The notes under the pieces were generated by a model. The model worked only from the letters and a program-made list of their open reading frames with translations, was not told the DNA's origin and ran no database searches. Shown here one piece after another: positions 1-12,476 of a stretch of 64,000 nucleotides of DNA (position 1 is its first letter; each line of letters opens with the position of its first letter). This DNA is from Haplodiscus bocki (Eukaryota), in assembly GCA_965655095.1 (NCBI GenBank), contig OZ296652.1, forward strand, positions 70,804,001 to 70,868,000, written 5' to 3'. A program made the position numbers and the translations under genes.

Positions 1-1149
1 AGAATACCGAAAACTCGTGGCAATAAGTGTGCAACTATTGAATTATACCGACATAATTTTGCAGCAGTGTTTTGTATTTTGCGAAGCAACCGTTCAAAAA
101 TGAATCAACCGTAATCAAGAATGGATGTTCTTATTCTAAGGAGCACTTTTGGATACTACTCTGGATAAAAATTGTCGTTTGAAAACTTTTGTGTTCGCAG
201 ACACCTATTTCCCTGTACGTTCAAATGTTGAAAATATAGAACTTTCATAGGTCACGTGAACGCAAAAAAACCTTTTCTGGAATCAGTGGTTATAGAGACT
301 GGTAAATGGACTTTAACTTTTCCTACTCTCGAGCATTTAGACTAGATTCAAAAAGATATGACGCTGCTGGGGCAATAGAAGGACAGACTTGCAAACGATG
401 TGGCTACTGTTACTCGATTGGACGAGGGCCAAAATCAGGTTTGCTTGGTCACGTGACTGGACTTTTCTTTTGTTTTACGTCGAAGTTTTTCAACCTGCAT
501 TTTTCGCTTTCTCAAATTTCCTTATCGTTTGTCTCAAGTTTTCTTGGAGAATGACTTTCAAGGTGAAACTTTTTTTAAGGTGTTAAGAGTTTTTATAGAT
601 TGGATTGTTCAATGATACACATTTTGACCACCAAAAAAATACGAACCAGCAAAACAAACAGTTGGTTGTACAGAATTATGTGTGGAAATGCTTGGAACAG
701 TGGACGTTTGTATTACAGTAAGCTCCCAAACATACTTCCTAACGAGGTAAAAGTTTATTATTCTGCAAATGCGTTAAAAAACAGAAGATTTCCAGGAATT
801 CAAGTGACAAAAATTTTTCAGTTTTGCCGTTTGCCAATTTATGGCTGGTCAAAGTTCAGAGACCTTCTAGGTCCCAAAGCCCACAGAGAAATGTGGAATA
901 ATCAAATTAACCATTCCAGCACAAAACCATCGTTCACACTGCACAACCCAAGTCAGCATTTTTTGGTGGATGGACTAAACAGTATTTGATATTTGAACTT
1001 CGTAATGTGTAATGCGATATATACTGTCTGTGTCTACGTAAAAAATTCCTTCCAATTTTTTGTCGTTTTTTTCAAGAATTTTTATTGACACACCTAGCGT
1101 GCAAGGCAGTAGACTGCTGAAAAAAAAACAAAAATTGAGGCAAAATTTC

Positions 1150-3660
1150 AGTGGCGAGAACGGTGAGGAAAATAACTGAAGGTTTGTTTGAGACAAGCTT
1201 GTTCCAAGCCTCAGAACGTTTTTTGTCCAGACTTTCTGTCATTTTTTGGATTCAACCTTGTTTACCCGATTTCTATGCCAGTGCATAATAAGTCTGTTCA
1301 ATAGAAACCTGCAAAGCATAACAGAAACAACATGTAGCTAGAAATCGAAAAACGTTTCTTTCTTTATATCTAGTAAGAACACTTTGGAAGCAGACAAATA
1401 ACGTTTTGGCATGAAAAAATGCTCAGACCTCATGAAAATCTTTACTTTATACGTCATTAACTATTTTTTTTGACAAGGAGGACTTTGTTCTTGTCACTAC
1501 TTCTGCGTGTAACGACAGTTTCACTTCGCAAGCAAATACGAGGAAGAAACTTTCAATTGTCACACTCAAAAAAGTACCACGTACTGAATTGATTCGCTGA
1601 CAAATGAAATATACAGCAATAGTTTTGCCAAGACTGACTTAATATAGGTATTCATGTGTCCTGGTCTTGCTTTAGGTTTTCAGGTTTACAATCAAAAAAT
1701 TTCGATGGTGTAGAAAGTGGATTTTGCTGTGAAAGGTTTACAACAACTGCGTGCTAAAAACGCAGAAGTTCAGGACGTTCACTTTACTTCACTCCTAGCA
1801 GCTAGTATTCCTCCAACACTAATTTTGAATCGGGAGGATGCGTGGTCACTTTTAAAAAAGTAACGTGAGAAGGTGCAAAAAGTGAACAGAGATTGGTGCA
1901 GCTCTTGCGTCTGTACACTTTATATTGAAAACTGGCAATCTACCATTAAAAAAGGCCGCATGAATTTTGCATTGACAGACCTCCTGTACAAAATCTACAC
2001 TGGCGACATGTAAGTTTAACAGAAAGAAACCAGTTGTTTGATTGAAAAAAAAACAATTTGCTCTGAAGGTTTGGCAACCAAAGATACACTAGCAAAAAAC
2101 AAAAAAAATGTAAAACAACAACTTTGCCGGGACTTGTTTGATACAACCTTTCATGCAAAAAGTAAGAAAACCAAGAAACCCAAAAAATCCAGGGCAACTG
2201 TTCTAGCCTTTTTTCTGATTACAATAAAACTGACCTGAGATTGTTTGCGTAGGTAAGACACGGAATTTGCTGGAGAATTCATAAAACTCTGCGAAGCTGA
2301 AGAAGAAAGTCTCACTCTACCTTTGGTTAGAGTAACAAAAGCGAACAACTTTTGCATTTGCAGATGCTCTATACAGAAACTACTCAAGCGAGAGTTAACT
2401 TCAAGCGAACGAAAGCAAAAGTTGTACTGAAAAACGCATATTGCTGTGTGAATTTGAAATACAATTACAAACTGAAAAAAAAGCAAAAGCAAAATATATA
2501 TTTTCAATATTACACCAAAACTAGTCAGATTGAACCGTTCATGAAAAAAGAAAAAAAAACAAGAATTCGTTTGGTGAACGTACAAAACCATCCTTGAGAA
2601 CTTTCTGTACCGTTGAGTGGAAGACCCTGGATACAACTACTGTCACAAATTGGCTAAATTCGCCACATCACTGAATTCGTGAAGCAAATACTCGATGGGT
2701 ATGAACTCGAAAAAAAGTTCTTTTCCATGCGATACAACACAAACCAATACGAGGATCCGGAAAACTCATTTTGAAAACTAAAGTCAGAATTGACATCTCC
2801 AAGCGGGATTGGTGAGAAGTTGCAAGCCACAAAGTACTGAGAAAAATTTTGAAGTGGTTGCAATTGCTTCCTGAAAACCATCAACGTACACAGTAGGTGA
2901 TGAAAAAGATGAGATCAAATGTGGTTATATTTTCAAACAAAGTTGATCAAAGTCATTTACAAAACGGAATCGTTTACGAAGAGTTCGTTTTCAATGAAAT
3001 TGCACAGATTTTTCCCGTAAAAACAATTAACTATCTCACAAACTTTTTACTGCAGGAACTGAATCCGGCGAGCACATGAAGGTTGCATCTTCGGAAAAAT
3101 CCAAATCATCCTTTTAAAAGATTGTTACTGAGGAGATTTTCAGGTTTTAAAGAGAAAGTTTTCATACTCAACAGATTTGCATCGCTTGGAACCCGGTCAG
3201 CGAGCGTCCTTTACTGATATCATGGAAGCCACGAACACACTTATTCAAAAGTGATGCAATCAAACCGGAAGTAGTATCACAGTCCGAGTGTGGGAAAACG
3301 AAGAATTGGAAATTCAAGTTGCTATTAGAGGTTCTGATATTGCAACCTTTAGTTCGGTTCACATTGGGTCACAGTTTTGGAAGTGTTGTTCTCTATGTGT
3401 CTGGAGAGATGCTGAGAGAAGGAGGTCCTCACGGATTAGAATTTGTATGCATTCTTTCTGTAGGATTAGAATTCTGTAGGCATTCTTTCGCATGATATAC
3501 TCAGATCAAATTGAATACAATATTCTGGACGACACAAAACCTCCTTTGATGCCTATCTTCCTTTTTGTTTCAATGCGAAACTTTGGGGACACCAGAACTA
3601 ATAAACAGTACATAATCTATCAGACCTTTGATAATGTAAAAAGTTCAATGCTGCTCGAAA
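1150..3660 (+). mobile_element. Polinton/Maverick remnant, copy A (ATPase tail, small conserved ORF, integrase fragment, minor capsid fragment)
   Basis: Colinear similarity to 4100-6400: 1261 gtttacccgatttctatgccagtgcat vs 4161 gtttatccgttttctctgcgagtgcat; 2257 DTEFAGEFIKLCEAEE vs 5152 DMATGFAGEFKKLCRAEG; 3492 MIYSDQIEYNILDDTKPPL vs 6152 MVYSDLIGYCVIDDTNISLL. Heavily frameshifted; boundaries approximate. Confidence 0.75.
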
Positions 3661-3699
3661 CCTTTTTTCACTTCAAACAAAACAACATGAGAAACCTGA

Positions 3700-4240
3700 A
3701 AACAGATTTGCAGCTCAAAGCATTTGTTAATATTGCCACTGCTTTAAGATATCGCCTATTGAGTACTATTCGCATTCAGCACAACTTGTTTCATCATTCA
3801 AACTTGGGCGCCAGGTCTAGCTCTAAAACGCTCACATTGTTTTTTTATACTCATACCGTTATCTGATGCAAGTCAGTTGTCTCTGTGCACAACGAAAATT
3901 TAGATCACATCTAGTTTTTGGGTACTGATACAAAATGTGTTCACTTTGATCATTCAATGAATGATATGTCGCCACGAGCAGACGATGGACTACCTTACTG
4001 TACAGAAACAGGGTCTCTTCCCTCCAAATTTTTAATCCCTAAAAGAAAGAAGCATTCAAAGTTTCGGGACGATTACTACACAGAAATGATCTGCTGTCCA
4101 TTTGTTGCAATCGTTTTTCCGCAAAATTAAAAGTCAATTACTTCAGTCGTGTCCAAAATAGTTTATCCGTTTTCTCTGCGAGTGCATATTAAATTGCTGA
4201 ACGGAAACATTCAGAGCGAAAAAAGACAACCATGTGGTAA
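3700..4240 (+). pseudogene. Polinton packaging ATPase (A32-like), C-terminal part
   Basis: KAFVNIATALRYRLLSTIRIQHNLFHHSNLG (the GRH/arginine-finger region, degenerate) and DMSPRADDGLPYCTETGSLPSKFLIP; the Walker A part is missing. Confidence 0.65.
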
Positions 4241-4789
4241 AATTTCAAAACGACGTTTGACAGTTATTTCTAGAACGAACAGTCTGGAAGCAAAGAAGAG
4301 ACGTTTTGGCGTTCCCCAAAAAGCGTCCGAAAGTCAATACTCTTCCCGTCATTAGCTTTTTGTTTTGATATGGAGCAGCTTTTTCTTGTCCCTGCTTCTG
4401 TGTACCACAAAACTATGATTTCCCTGTTTGTTACACAACCGGAGCCTCCAAAATATCCAGCTGAACGTAATCTCACGCACCCTATTGATTCGATTGAAAA
4501 GGAAGAAAAACAAAAATTTATATGCCAAAACTAACTCATTAGTAGATGAAGTTTTGTATTAATCCCGTTTTAAGTTTTCAATTTCGCAATGTTCAACATG
4601 GTATGGCGTAGGAACTGGAATTTCACTGTCAGAATTTGCAATACTTTTGCGTGAAAAAAATTGCAGAAGTAGCAATTAAATAATTTGCTTTACTTGACGC
4701 CGCTGGTATACCTCCAACCAAGCTTCTGTAGCAAAGTGCCAGCGCGAATGAGAGACGAATCTAGGTCCTTTTTTGCATATAAACGTCAA

Positions 4790-5655
4790 AAAGTGCATGG
4801 ACTTTGAACACAGGGTGGCGCTGGTTTTGGGTCAGTGCACAATTCAGAAAAATCTAGCATTCTTCCAGCAACGAAAGTCAAAAAAATTTTGCCTTCAAAA
4901 CCTTCCTTTACAAAATCTACTCTTGCCACCCCTAATTTCGAGAAAATGAAGGCAATTGCTAATCTCAAAAAAATCTGGCGCATTATTCTGGTACAGATTG
5001 ATGATTTCGCGAAGGTCAAAGCCAGTGTGTTTTTTTCACTAGTTCGTCAAAACTTGTTTGGTAGAACAGTAGAGGCAAACAAAATGATTGAAAACAAAAG
5101 CTTCCGTTGAAACAAGATAATAAAAGCAAGTCGACCAAAAATGTTTGGTTTGACATGGCTACAGGTTTCGCTGGAGAGTTTAAGAAACTTTGCAGAGCTG
5201 AAGGAAAAGACATTTACACCACAATGCGTGAAAATAAGGCTGTTTTCGCTGAACAGACCGCAAGACCCTTGAAAAGTTTTTTTTACCGCTACATGGAAGC
5301 TTTGGATAAAAGCACTTTCACAAACTACCTGAATTCGTTACAACTTTGAATTTCTGAGAAAAACGGTTGACAGACTTGATTCTAAAGAATGTCGCGGATT
5401 CTGAAATTTTGTCCATTCTATGCAGGAAGCCAGAACGAGAAAATGCAAAAACCACGTTTAAATTTAGAGACAAGGTTAACATCTCCAAGTATAATTCACA
5501 CATCAAGAAAGGTTGTAAACCACAGTGTACACGAGAAATTTTAAAAATTGTGGCAATTGCTTCTCGAGAACCACCAGCATCACAAAAAACACGTGAAACT
5601 GGAAAAAATTCATCGGGGTAGGTTTTTATCAAAAAAAGAGTTGATGAAGGTCAAT
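4790..5655 (+). pseudogene. Polinton retroviral-like (rve) integrase
   Basis: Fragments SKPSFTKSTLAT..., KNVWFDMATGFAGEFKKLCRAEG..., KAVFAEQTARPLK (D..E region) and C-terminal FKFRDKVNISKY...KGCKPQCTREILKIVAI; several frameshifts. Confidence 0.8.
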
Positions 5656-5679
5656 TGACAGTGGAATGGTTTACAATAG

Positions 5680-6425
5680 AGTTGGCTTCTAATGTATCTG
5701 CAGAACTAATTCCAGACAAGGCAATCAGCTCTTTCACAAGCTTTTTACTGGAGCAACCGAATCTGGAGGGGCAACCGGAGATTGAATTGTCGGATAAATC
5801 CTAAATCTTAATCTACCAATACTTTACAGGGGGAAAAATAATGTGGTTTGATTGAAAACTATCAAAATCGAAAGCACTTTACATTCTGGAACCCAGTCTT
5901 TACCTTTTTGCTGCGGATAATGTTTAGGAAATGATCACAATCATTCAAGTTGATCACAGTTAAAAATTTTTCCAAGATTGCAAAAAATTGGTCTTTACCT
6001 TGCAAATGAAAGATCAAGTCGTGCTTTCTTTACTATAGAATTGAGACAGATTTTCAGAAGAATTGTTGGCAATGAACTTGGGTTGATGTTGAGCGGAAGA
6101 AGACCTCACAAACCAAAATTTGCTTACAACCTTGCCCGCATATATTCTCGCATGGTTTACTCAGACCTGATTGGTTACTGTGTTATTGACGACACAAATA
6201 TTTCTTTGCTGCGTTGCTTTGCTTCTATATCAAAAAGAAAAAATGGAGACAGTTTATGTCTTCGACAGTACATGAACTGTCAGACATTCAGTAACCTACA
6301 ATTCCCAACGCTGCTCAAAATAGAATTAGATAGTACTCACGTTGACCTGAGAGATGCCAGTTGTTAAAAATTACATTCTGTCTTTGTCCGTATCGCTTAT
6401 TTTTTTGATGTACAGAAAAACCTCC
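5680..6425 (+). pseudogene. Polinton minor capsid (penton-like) protein
   Basis: N-terminal FTIELASNVSAELIPDKAISSFTSFLLEQ and C-terminal MVYSDLIGYCVIDDTNISLLRCF...HVDLRDAS, the pattern of Polinton single jelly-roll proteins. Confidence 0.7.
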
Positions 6426-6457
6426 ATCAATCATTCTCAACGGAAGAGACGCTACAA

Positions 6458-6815
6458 TATAGTTCCTTCAAAACAAACAGTGTTTCCATTCAAAGGAGGT
6501 TTTGGTTGATATCGTGGAATCAGAATCGTTCCGCTCGCACAAGTTATTGGAAAAACTGCCATTCACTTTTTACCGAGATATGTTGTCCAGCTGCAAAACG
6601 TGTAGGTGCTGACTTGTTTAATTTTTCTACGCCAGGAACTGCGGAAGTTGATAGCGAATATTCTGTTTCAAGAAAGCTGCAAGTGATGTGGGTAGACAAA
6701 CTCCGGTAAAACACTGGAATTGTTTCACCAGGAAGTGATTTGCAAGCAAAATTATTCCAACAGAAAGAGCAAAACAAGTCAATCTGTTGCCAGGAGACTT
6801 TTATACAACCATTCT
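6458..6815 (+). pseudogene. Polinton small basic core-like protein remnant
   Basis: LAQVIGKTAI...PAAKRVGADLFNF segment, lying between the minor and major capsid genes. Confidence 0.45.
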
Positions 6816-6859
6816 CGGTAAAATTGTAGGTACAATTTCCAAAACAAACTTTTGTGTCA

Positions 6860-7600
6860 CTTTCGGGAAGTCTTGGAAGGTAGTCCCAGTAGTTGACAAT
6901 TTATTGCCATCCCACGAACAGGAAATGCATCCAACTACCTCAATTGATGAAACTTGCATAAAGTTTGAGTTTCAAATGGATTCGAGCAACTATTTTGATT
7001 CGAGACAGACTATATTGGCTTTGCAAAAAAAATTGATCAAATGTCGTGTTTAGAAAACATACAGTACAAAAGAAGTTAAAAAGCACAGGAAAGAATGATA
7101 AGGAGCTGCAGTGGAACATGAGGTTGAAGTAGAAGATCCAGTCCTTCTGGTTACTCATGTAAAAAACATATTGCGTTCAATTGCCTTTATCGTTCAGGTG
7201 TGTAAAAACAAGCAGCAGAAACAATTCAAATGGACTCTGTGCACACAAATCTTACCTTTCCAAAAACAAAAGGGTTCCAGTTTTGAATACAAAGGTGTGT
7301 TGCACTGCAAAAGTTATGGCTATGATGAACCTAGCGATAAGATTATGAAACGCTTCTCCACAAGTTAGTTGAAAATGTTTAGAAGAGTCGATGGTTTCAT
7401 GTTGTATGACTAATTGACGGTCAAAATTTTTTCCAATCTGAATTGCTATATCCGAACACGAAAATCATGCTACTACTAATCCGAGGCAGGCCTAATTTTG
7501 ACGAGGTCAGTGGCATTTCCAACATTTACACTCAATGTAATGCTCTTGAAGATGGTAATCACATGAAGAGAATGGAAATGTCTGCGTACAATTCATCTCC
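6860..7600 (+). pseudogene. Polinton major capsid (double jelly-roll) protein, N-terminal half
   Basis: HPTTSIDETCIKFEFQMDSSNYFDSRQTILAL, VTHVKNILRSI, YKGVLHCKSYGYDE, LYPNTKIMLLLIRGRPNF; truncated at about 7600. Confidence 0.7.
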
Positions 7601-7699
7601 AGTTAAGATTTCAATAGTCACAATGACAAGACCGAAACTTCCTTTATAACATGGCCTTACACCAAAAAAGTGGACTCCCAACTGTAACCTTCTTCATTG

Positions 7700-10050
7700 C
7701 GCGCAGTAGTAGCTCTGAAAAAGCCAACGAACTGTTCGACAAGTATAGATCAACAGAAGACCTCCGTCGAGGAAAGCAACCAGTTGACTTAAATATCAGG
7801 TCCAAGTTATTTGAGATAAAGGCCTCAAAGCAAATGGAACCATAGTCACATCGCGTTAAGGTGAGTACTCTCGACAGTGCTTTAACGAGCTACAATTGCT
7901 GCTTCAATCGGACTACACTCTAACCTACCGATAAATGCAATCTGACAGCCTCTAGAAAATCTTGATAACGAACAACTTCGACATACGACGTTGATTTACG
8001 GTCTTTACCGGAGGACAACCGCGGTCGAGACGTCCCTGGAAAAAAGGATCTCCCTGAAAGTTTACCTCACAATCGTTCCAGAATAGAACAACCATGAAAA
8101 CCCCTACAAAATCTGAGACAGTCACTGCAATTCTTCTTAACAAACATTTGCAAGTTTCCCAAGAGATGGATCGCGACCCTTCCCGGTACAAATACTGACC
8201 CAACGATGACTTTTGCCACTTAGCTTCAACAGACGTCACCGGTTATCCCACTCAATCGCAGAAACCCTGAAGGAGAATTTTCATCCGGGCAGAATGCTCC
8301 ATAGGTTGCTGATTAGAACTATCTTTCCTAATGCAGTCTGCCAAAACTACCCTTTTGCCACGCAGTACTTGGCAACGAAGGGCACCATTTGTTGAAAGTG
8401 TATCGATTGCCTCCCTGCTGAGTAACGTTATCTCTTCAGCATATTGATTATCCTTGATAACCTTCTTGCCATAGGTATCTCGCTCTTACTCCTAGATCAA
8501 AAATCTGGCAATTTACCATCTGTTACGCAGCCCTAGTTTTTGTTTGAGGCATCATTCATTTTCATCGACACTCTCCAAAGTCGACCTACCTCCCTTTTGA
8601 TACCCTGCCTCCCTGATTCGTTTATCGGCCCGTTGGAGAAAAACGCAGTCCTCAGAGTTTTGACTGCCTATTATTTGTCGGTATCTGCTTTGTATTGAGA
8701 GCACGCTATATGCCTGTGGATGAGACATCCAGACCAAACCTGTCTCGGCCGGCAGTTTTCTCAATTGTCCAAGACTAGTTTGATTTTTACAAAATTGGAG
8801 GGCATTGATTTCACCTTGACGTCTTGGCCTTTTGGGGGTTGGTAAACCCAATTGCACGAGTTTGCCCATTAATCATGTCAGAGAATACCCATGGATTACG
8901 AAGAATGTGCTAATGTACTCAGCCCTATCAAAGTGATGAAAAAAAAACACCATAACCATCCCTCACCGGAAAACCAAACTCATGTACAGGAACAACCCGA
9001 TCATATTAGATAAAATTTTTTGCTGACGAGAACACCACTCAACTGGTATTTATGAGCAACAGAATTAACCAAGAGCCAAAGATCACTCCTTAAACTAACC
9101 CAAAAGGGGTTAGACAGCTGTTTGAGAAATGCAAACATTATATGGAGTTGCTGAACAATCTGACTTTGCGTAATAAAGTAACCATTGATCTGGGGATTTC
9201 TGTTCGGCAACATTTGTTTTATCGTAAGGCTATCCACTGATTTGACAAACTTGGATTGGTAGGAAAAGTAAAGAATGAGCCGCGAAGCTCACCAATTTGA
9301 ACGTGAGTCAGCAAGAGCAAAAAACCTGCTTTTTCCTCACTATCAGAACCGAAAAACGTTCTTCTTTACTACGCTGAAAATCAAAAGTCGTTCAAACGCA
9401 CACCAACAATTATCTTTTGTGCTAAGTGGCAGTTACTGAAGTTATTCAAACTTTTAGCTTTCACTGCTTCTCCCTCGTAACATCTTCTTCACCATGGGAA
9501 CGACTACACAAGATTACGTTTCACAGAAGACACAAAATTGTGCTTTTGTATCCAGGATCATCATGCCATTGGAAAAACTTAGACCTACAGGGAAATCAGA
9601 TGCTTTGACCAAAAAAATTGGTTCTTGTCTCAAATGATTGCCGTCGACCGCCATCATTGAATCCGTTTCTTTTTTTTCTTGTAGGCGAATTCCTGATGTT
9701 TCGTCGAAATTTCTGTACCCCATAGTAGCGGCAAGTAAGGCAAACCTGGTAAAAAAGACCTCGAGACAAAATAGAGAAAATATAGTCTACCAACACGCCT
9801 GACAAAGTAAAAAATTTTATATCTGAGTGGAAACTCGACAATCAGTAAGAGGGAAAAGAGCTGTCAGCAGGAAGTCCTACAAAGTTTGAACAACCATTTT
9901 ATCAGACATCTGAAAATAACCAGGTTATGCAGGAGCTACGATTCAATACAGAAGCCAGGAATTTTTTTCTCGATTTTTAGCACTAGGTTTGAACCTGGAT
10001 AAGACATCGAAGCATCAATTTCACCGGACCGCTTTGGTTTATGAGAACTT
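7700..10050 (-). mobile_element. Degenerate Ty3/Gypsy gag-pol remnant
   Basis: Minus-strand fragments in PR-RT-RH-IN order: MILDTKAQ (protease DTG-like, ~9545), RNPQI...MFAFL (RT), HHFD...DMINGQTRAIGF (RNase H, ~8860-8940), WETCK..RRI...DFVGVFM (integrase core, ~8090-8165). Confidence 0.55.
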
Positions 10051-10099
10051 CATTGCAAAACTTATGGTCACTTCGGCACACAAGCTTTGGATTTCAGTT

Positions 10100-12355
10100 C
10101 TCTCGAGGATCTACCGGATTGTCTGCTGCCAACTGCTATACATTTTCTAGAGACAATCCCCAAGACTACCTTTGAAAGGAATCGGTCCTCCGAGTTTTTT
10201 TTGCCTCAAAATGTGATGCAAATATGGCCATTAGCTTGTGTAACTTGCAAGGGAAAGCCAACCAAATCCTATTTTTTGGAGAACTTGATTCCACCAGAAG
10301 TTACTATAAGGGGTGTCCTACAAAAGCGGAGAAACTTCGTCAACTCACAAGAACCTAAAGCGGACAGTACCGTACTGCCAACAACCCGTACATCCCCTGT
10401 AGTCCTTGTTCTTGCTTTGGTTGACACAGACCTTCAGTATGCATTTGTGTCACGCACTTGTCATCAATTTGGAAAAGACAGAAAAGATGATGACGTTCAT
10501 TTCATTGGCCAAATTGAAACCCTTACGGGACAACAGAACATTTTTCACGCTTATTTGGAAATTTCTTTACTTAAACATTTTCCATTTGAAATGTGATCGG
10601 TAAACCACGCATAAAAGTGGATTTTTTCCAGCTTTGAATGCATCCCACAGGAACGGATCACTTATACTTACAAGAATCTTTTTGAACTCAGCATCTGTTC
10701 TTTGGGAAAAAAGAATTTTTCCACAATCCTCCGGCCAACTACAGTTCCATTGTTGGCTCCTCGACAAAAGACAACGCGAACTGAAAGCAACTAGTTTTAC
10801 GTGGACGACTTTGGAGGGGCCTACACGGTCTAAGGTCTTCAATGCCCTGGATTAGGTGAAACAAGGGGAAGCATCTTGATTGAACACATGTTCGAGTTCG
10901 AAACTACCTGCTTCTGCAGCGCCAAGGAAAAAAACACATACCTAAGGGTCAAACGATGCTTTTTCATACGCAGTCGAATTTCTCATACTATTGTCAGGAC
11001 CGCGGGATTTCTCCTGTTAATTGCGAAAACAAAGGGCAATCAGGATTCAATCGGTGTGTGCCACCCAGATATTTAATTCCGATTCCTGGAGGCTCCAGCG
11101 GATAAAATAGACAAGAAAAAAGTTTTTCCTGACTGAATGCAAGTCGCAAGCACAGAGAGATTATACAAAAGACCCTGAAACCAAAAATGGTTTACAAATT
11201 CGTAATTGATCAAAGAGCTCAGTTGATTTTGCAAAAGGAAATGTTCACCAATGGGATTATGTTAACGACAGGGAACCCCTTAACCACGGTAGGACACAGC
11301 CTCTGATTTTAGAGAATGCTCAGCGAAACCGTACAGAAGCTCAACACATTCTTTTTGCGAGCCCGGTTATCAGGCCTAACGATTCAAGAAGATCTCCAGA
11401 TTCCTTGCACCATTGATCGTGTTCGTCTAAACTTAATCCAGGCAGGCAGTGTGATTGGTCAGTTTCTCTCTACCGCTTATGGAAACCCCTTAGCAGACCA
11501 AAACTGACCGTCCAGCGCTTGCAAGTTCTGGACGCGGTCCACTTGGTTGCAAAACTGTTCACGAAAACGTTTGTTCCGTCAGAAGAAAAAATAGTGATCC
11601 CACACCACCCACCACCATGGGACTTCAAGAGCCCCTACTGGAGCACCTGTTGCTATGGTCAAGAAGTTGTCAAAATGTACCACGACCTCTAATTTTGTTC
11701 TTGCTACGCCAATCATCTCTTGAATCAACCAAAACCGACAATCCTAATTTGCTGAGACATCCTTAATTTGATCTCTGAAGAAAACTGGACTTCGAAGGAC
11801 GAAACTACAAAACGCGCCCAGTCTACTTTCTCCTACCCAACGAACGCTTCACCAGACTGAACCTTTCCGCAACAGCCTGCCGTCCACGATTGAACGGATC
11901 AATTCGTTACAGTTGGTTGCACCGTTACGAATTCACTGAGCGGTTTCTAATTTTACGAACTTCCTGCATCGTTGATAACTGAAATCCTGTGCCGAGTAGC
12001 CGAGACAAACAAAAGGAGCCGTCATGCTACAACTCTTTCATCAGTGTGCCGCACCTGTTATCGCGTTACTCCAGGTTGTTACCGATGTTGTTTGTCCGGA
12101 ATGTCTGCTGGTATAAGGGTACCTGTTTATAAAAGATTCCGTCTTTCCTTCCTCGGCAGCATCGAAAAATAGCACTGGCTACAGCCTTGATTAAACACCG
12201 GCGCCTCGATGATTGGCTTAAGAGAAATAACTTGAGAATGGTGCAAGGAAACTGTCGCGCCGAATCCAAAAGCCATAGAAAGACAAAGGTGATTAAAAAA
12301 GGCCTCACAAAACAACGTCTGACACAACAAACACTGTCCTCTGGCGGACCAGTTG
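10100..12355 (-). mobile_element. Second degenerate Ty3/Gypsy pol remnant with possible PBS
   Basis: Minus strand: LINYEFVN and IKYLG (RT), DAS...LVAFSSRCL (RNase H), GHP...NFWW...C (integrase Zn-finger, ~10240-10320). The minus strand also reads CA-AC-TGGTCCGCCAGAGGA at ~12337-12355, which is PBS-like. Confidence 0.5.
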
Positions 12356-12476
12356 AACCTCCAACGAGATGAAATTTTCGTTTTGTTATAGCTTGGTGTA
12401 CAGGAACACTTTAAGAGCTAAACTTTTCTGTAGGTTGTAACTTTCGTGTGAAAGTGGTTGCCTTCGCCTAATTGTT

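Larger units (their letters stand above)
3700..7600 (+). mobile_element. Polinton/Maverick remnant, copy B (ATPase - ORF - integrase - minor capsid - core-like protein - major capsid)
   Basis: Gene order and motifs typical of animal Polintons (see sub-features). No TIRs or pPolB recognised in the window. Confidence 0.8.

Noticed and set aside
1-1150. Possible further Polinton sequence (ATPase N-terminus or polymerase end)
   Set aside because: Only faint similarity; no motif could be read with confidence.
10087-10596. 169-aa plus-strand ORF
   Set aside because: No recognisable motifs; the opposite strand carries Gypsy integrase/RNase H remnants, so it is likely a shadow frame.
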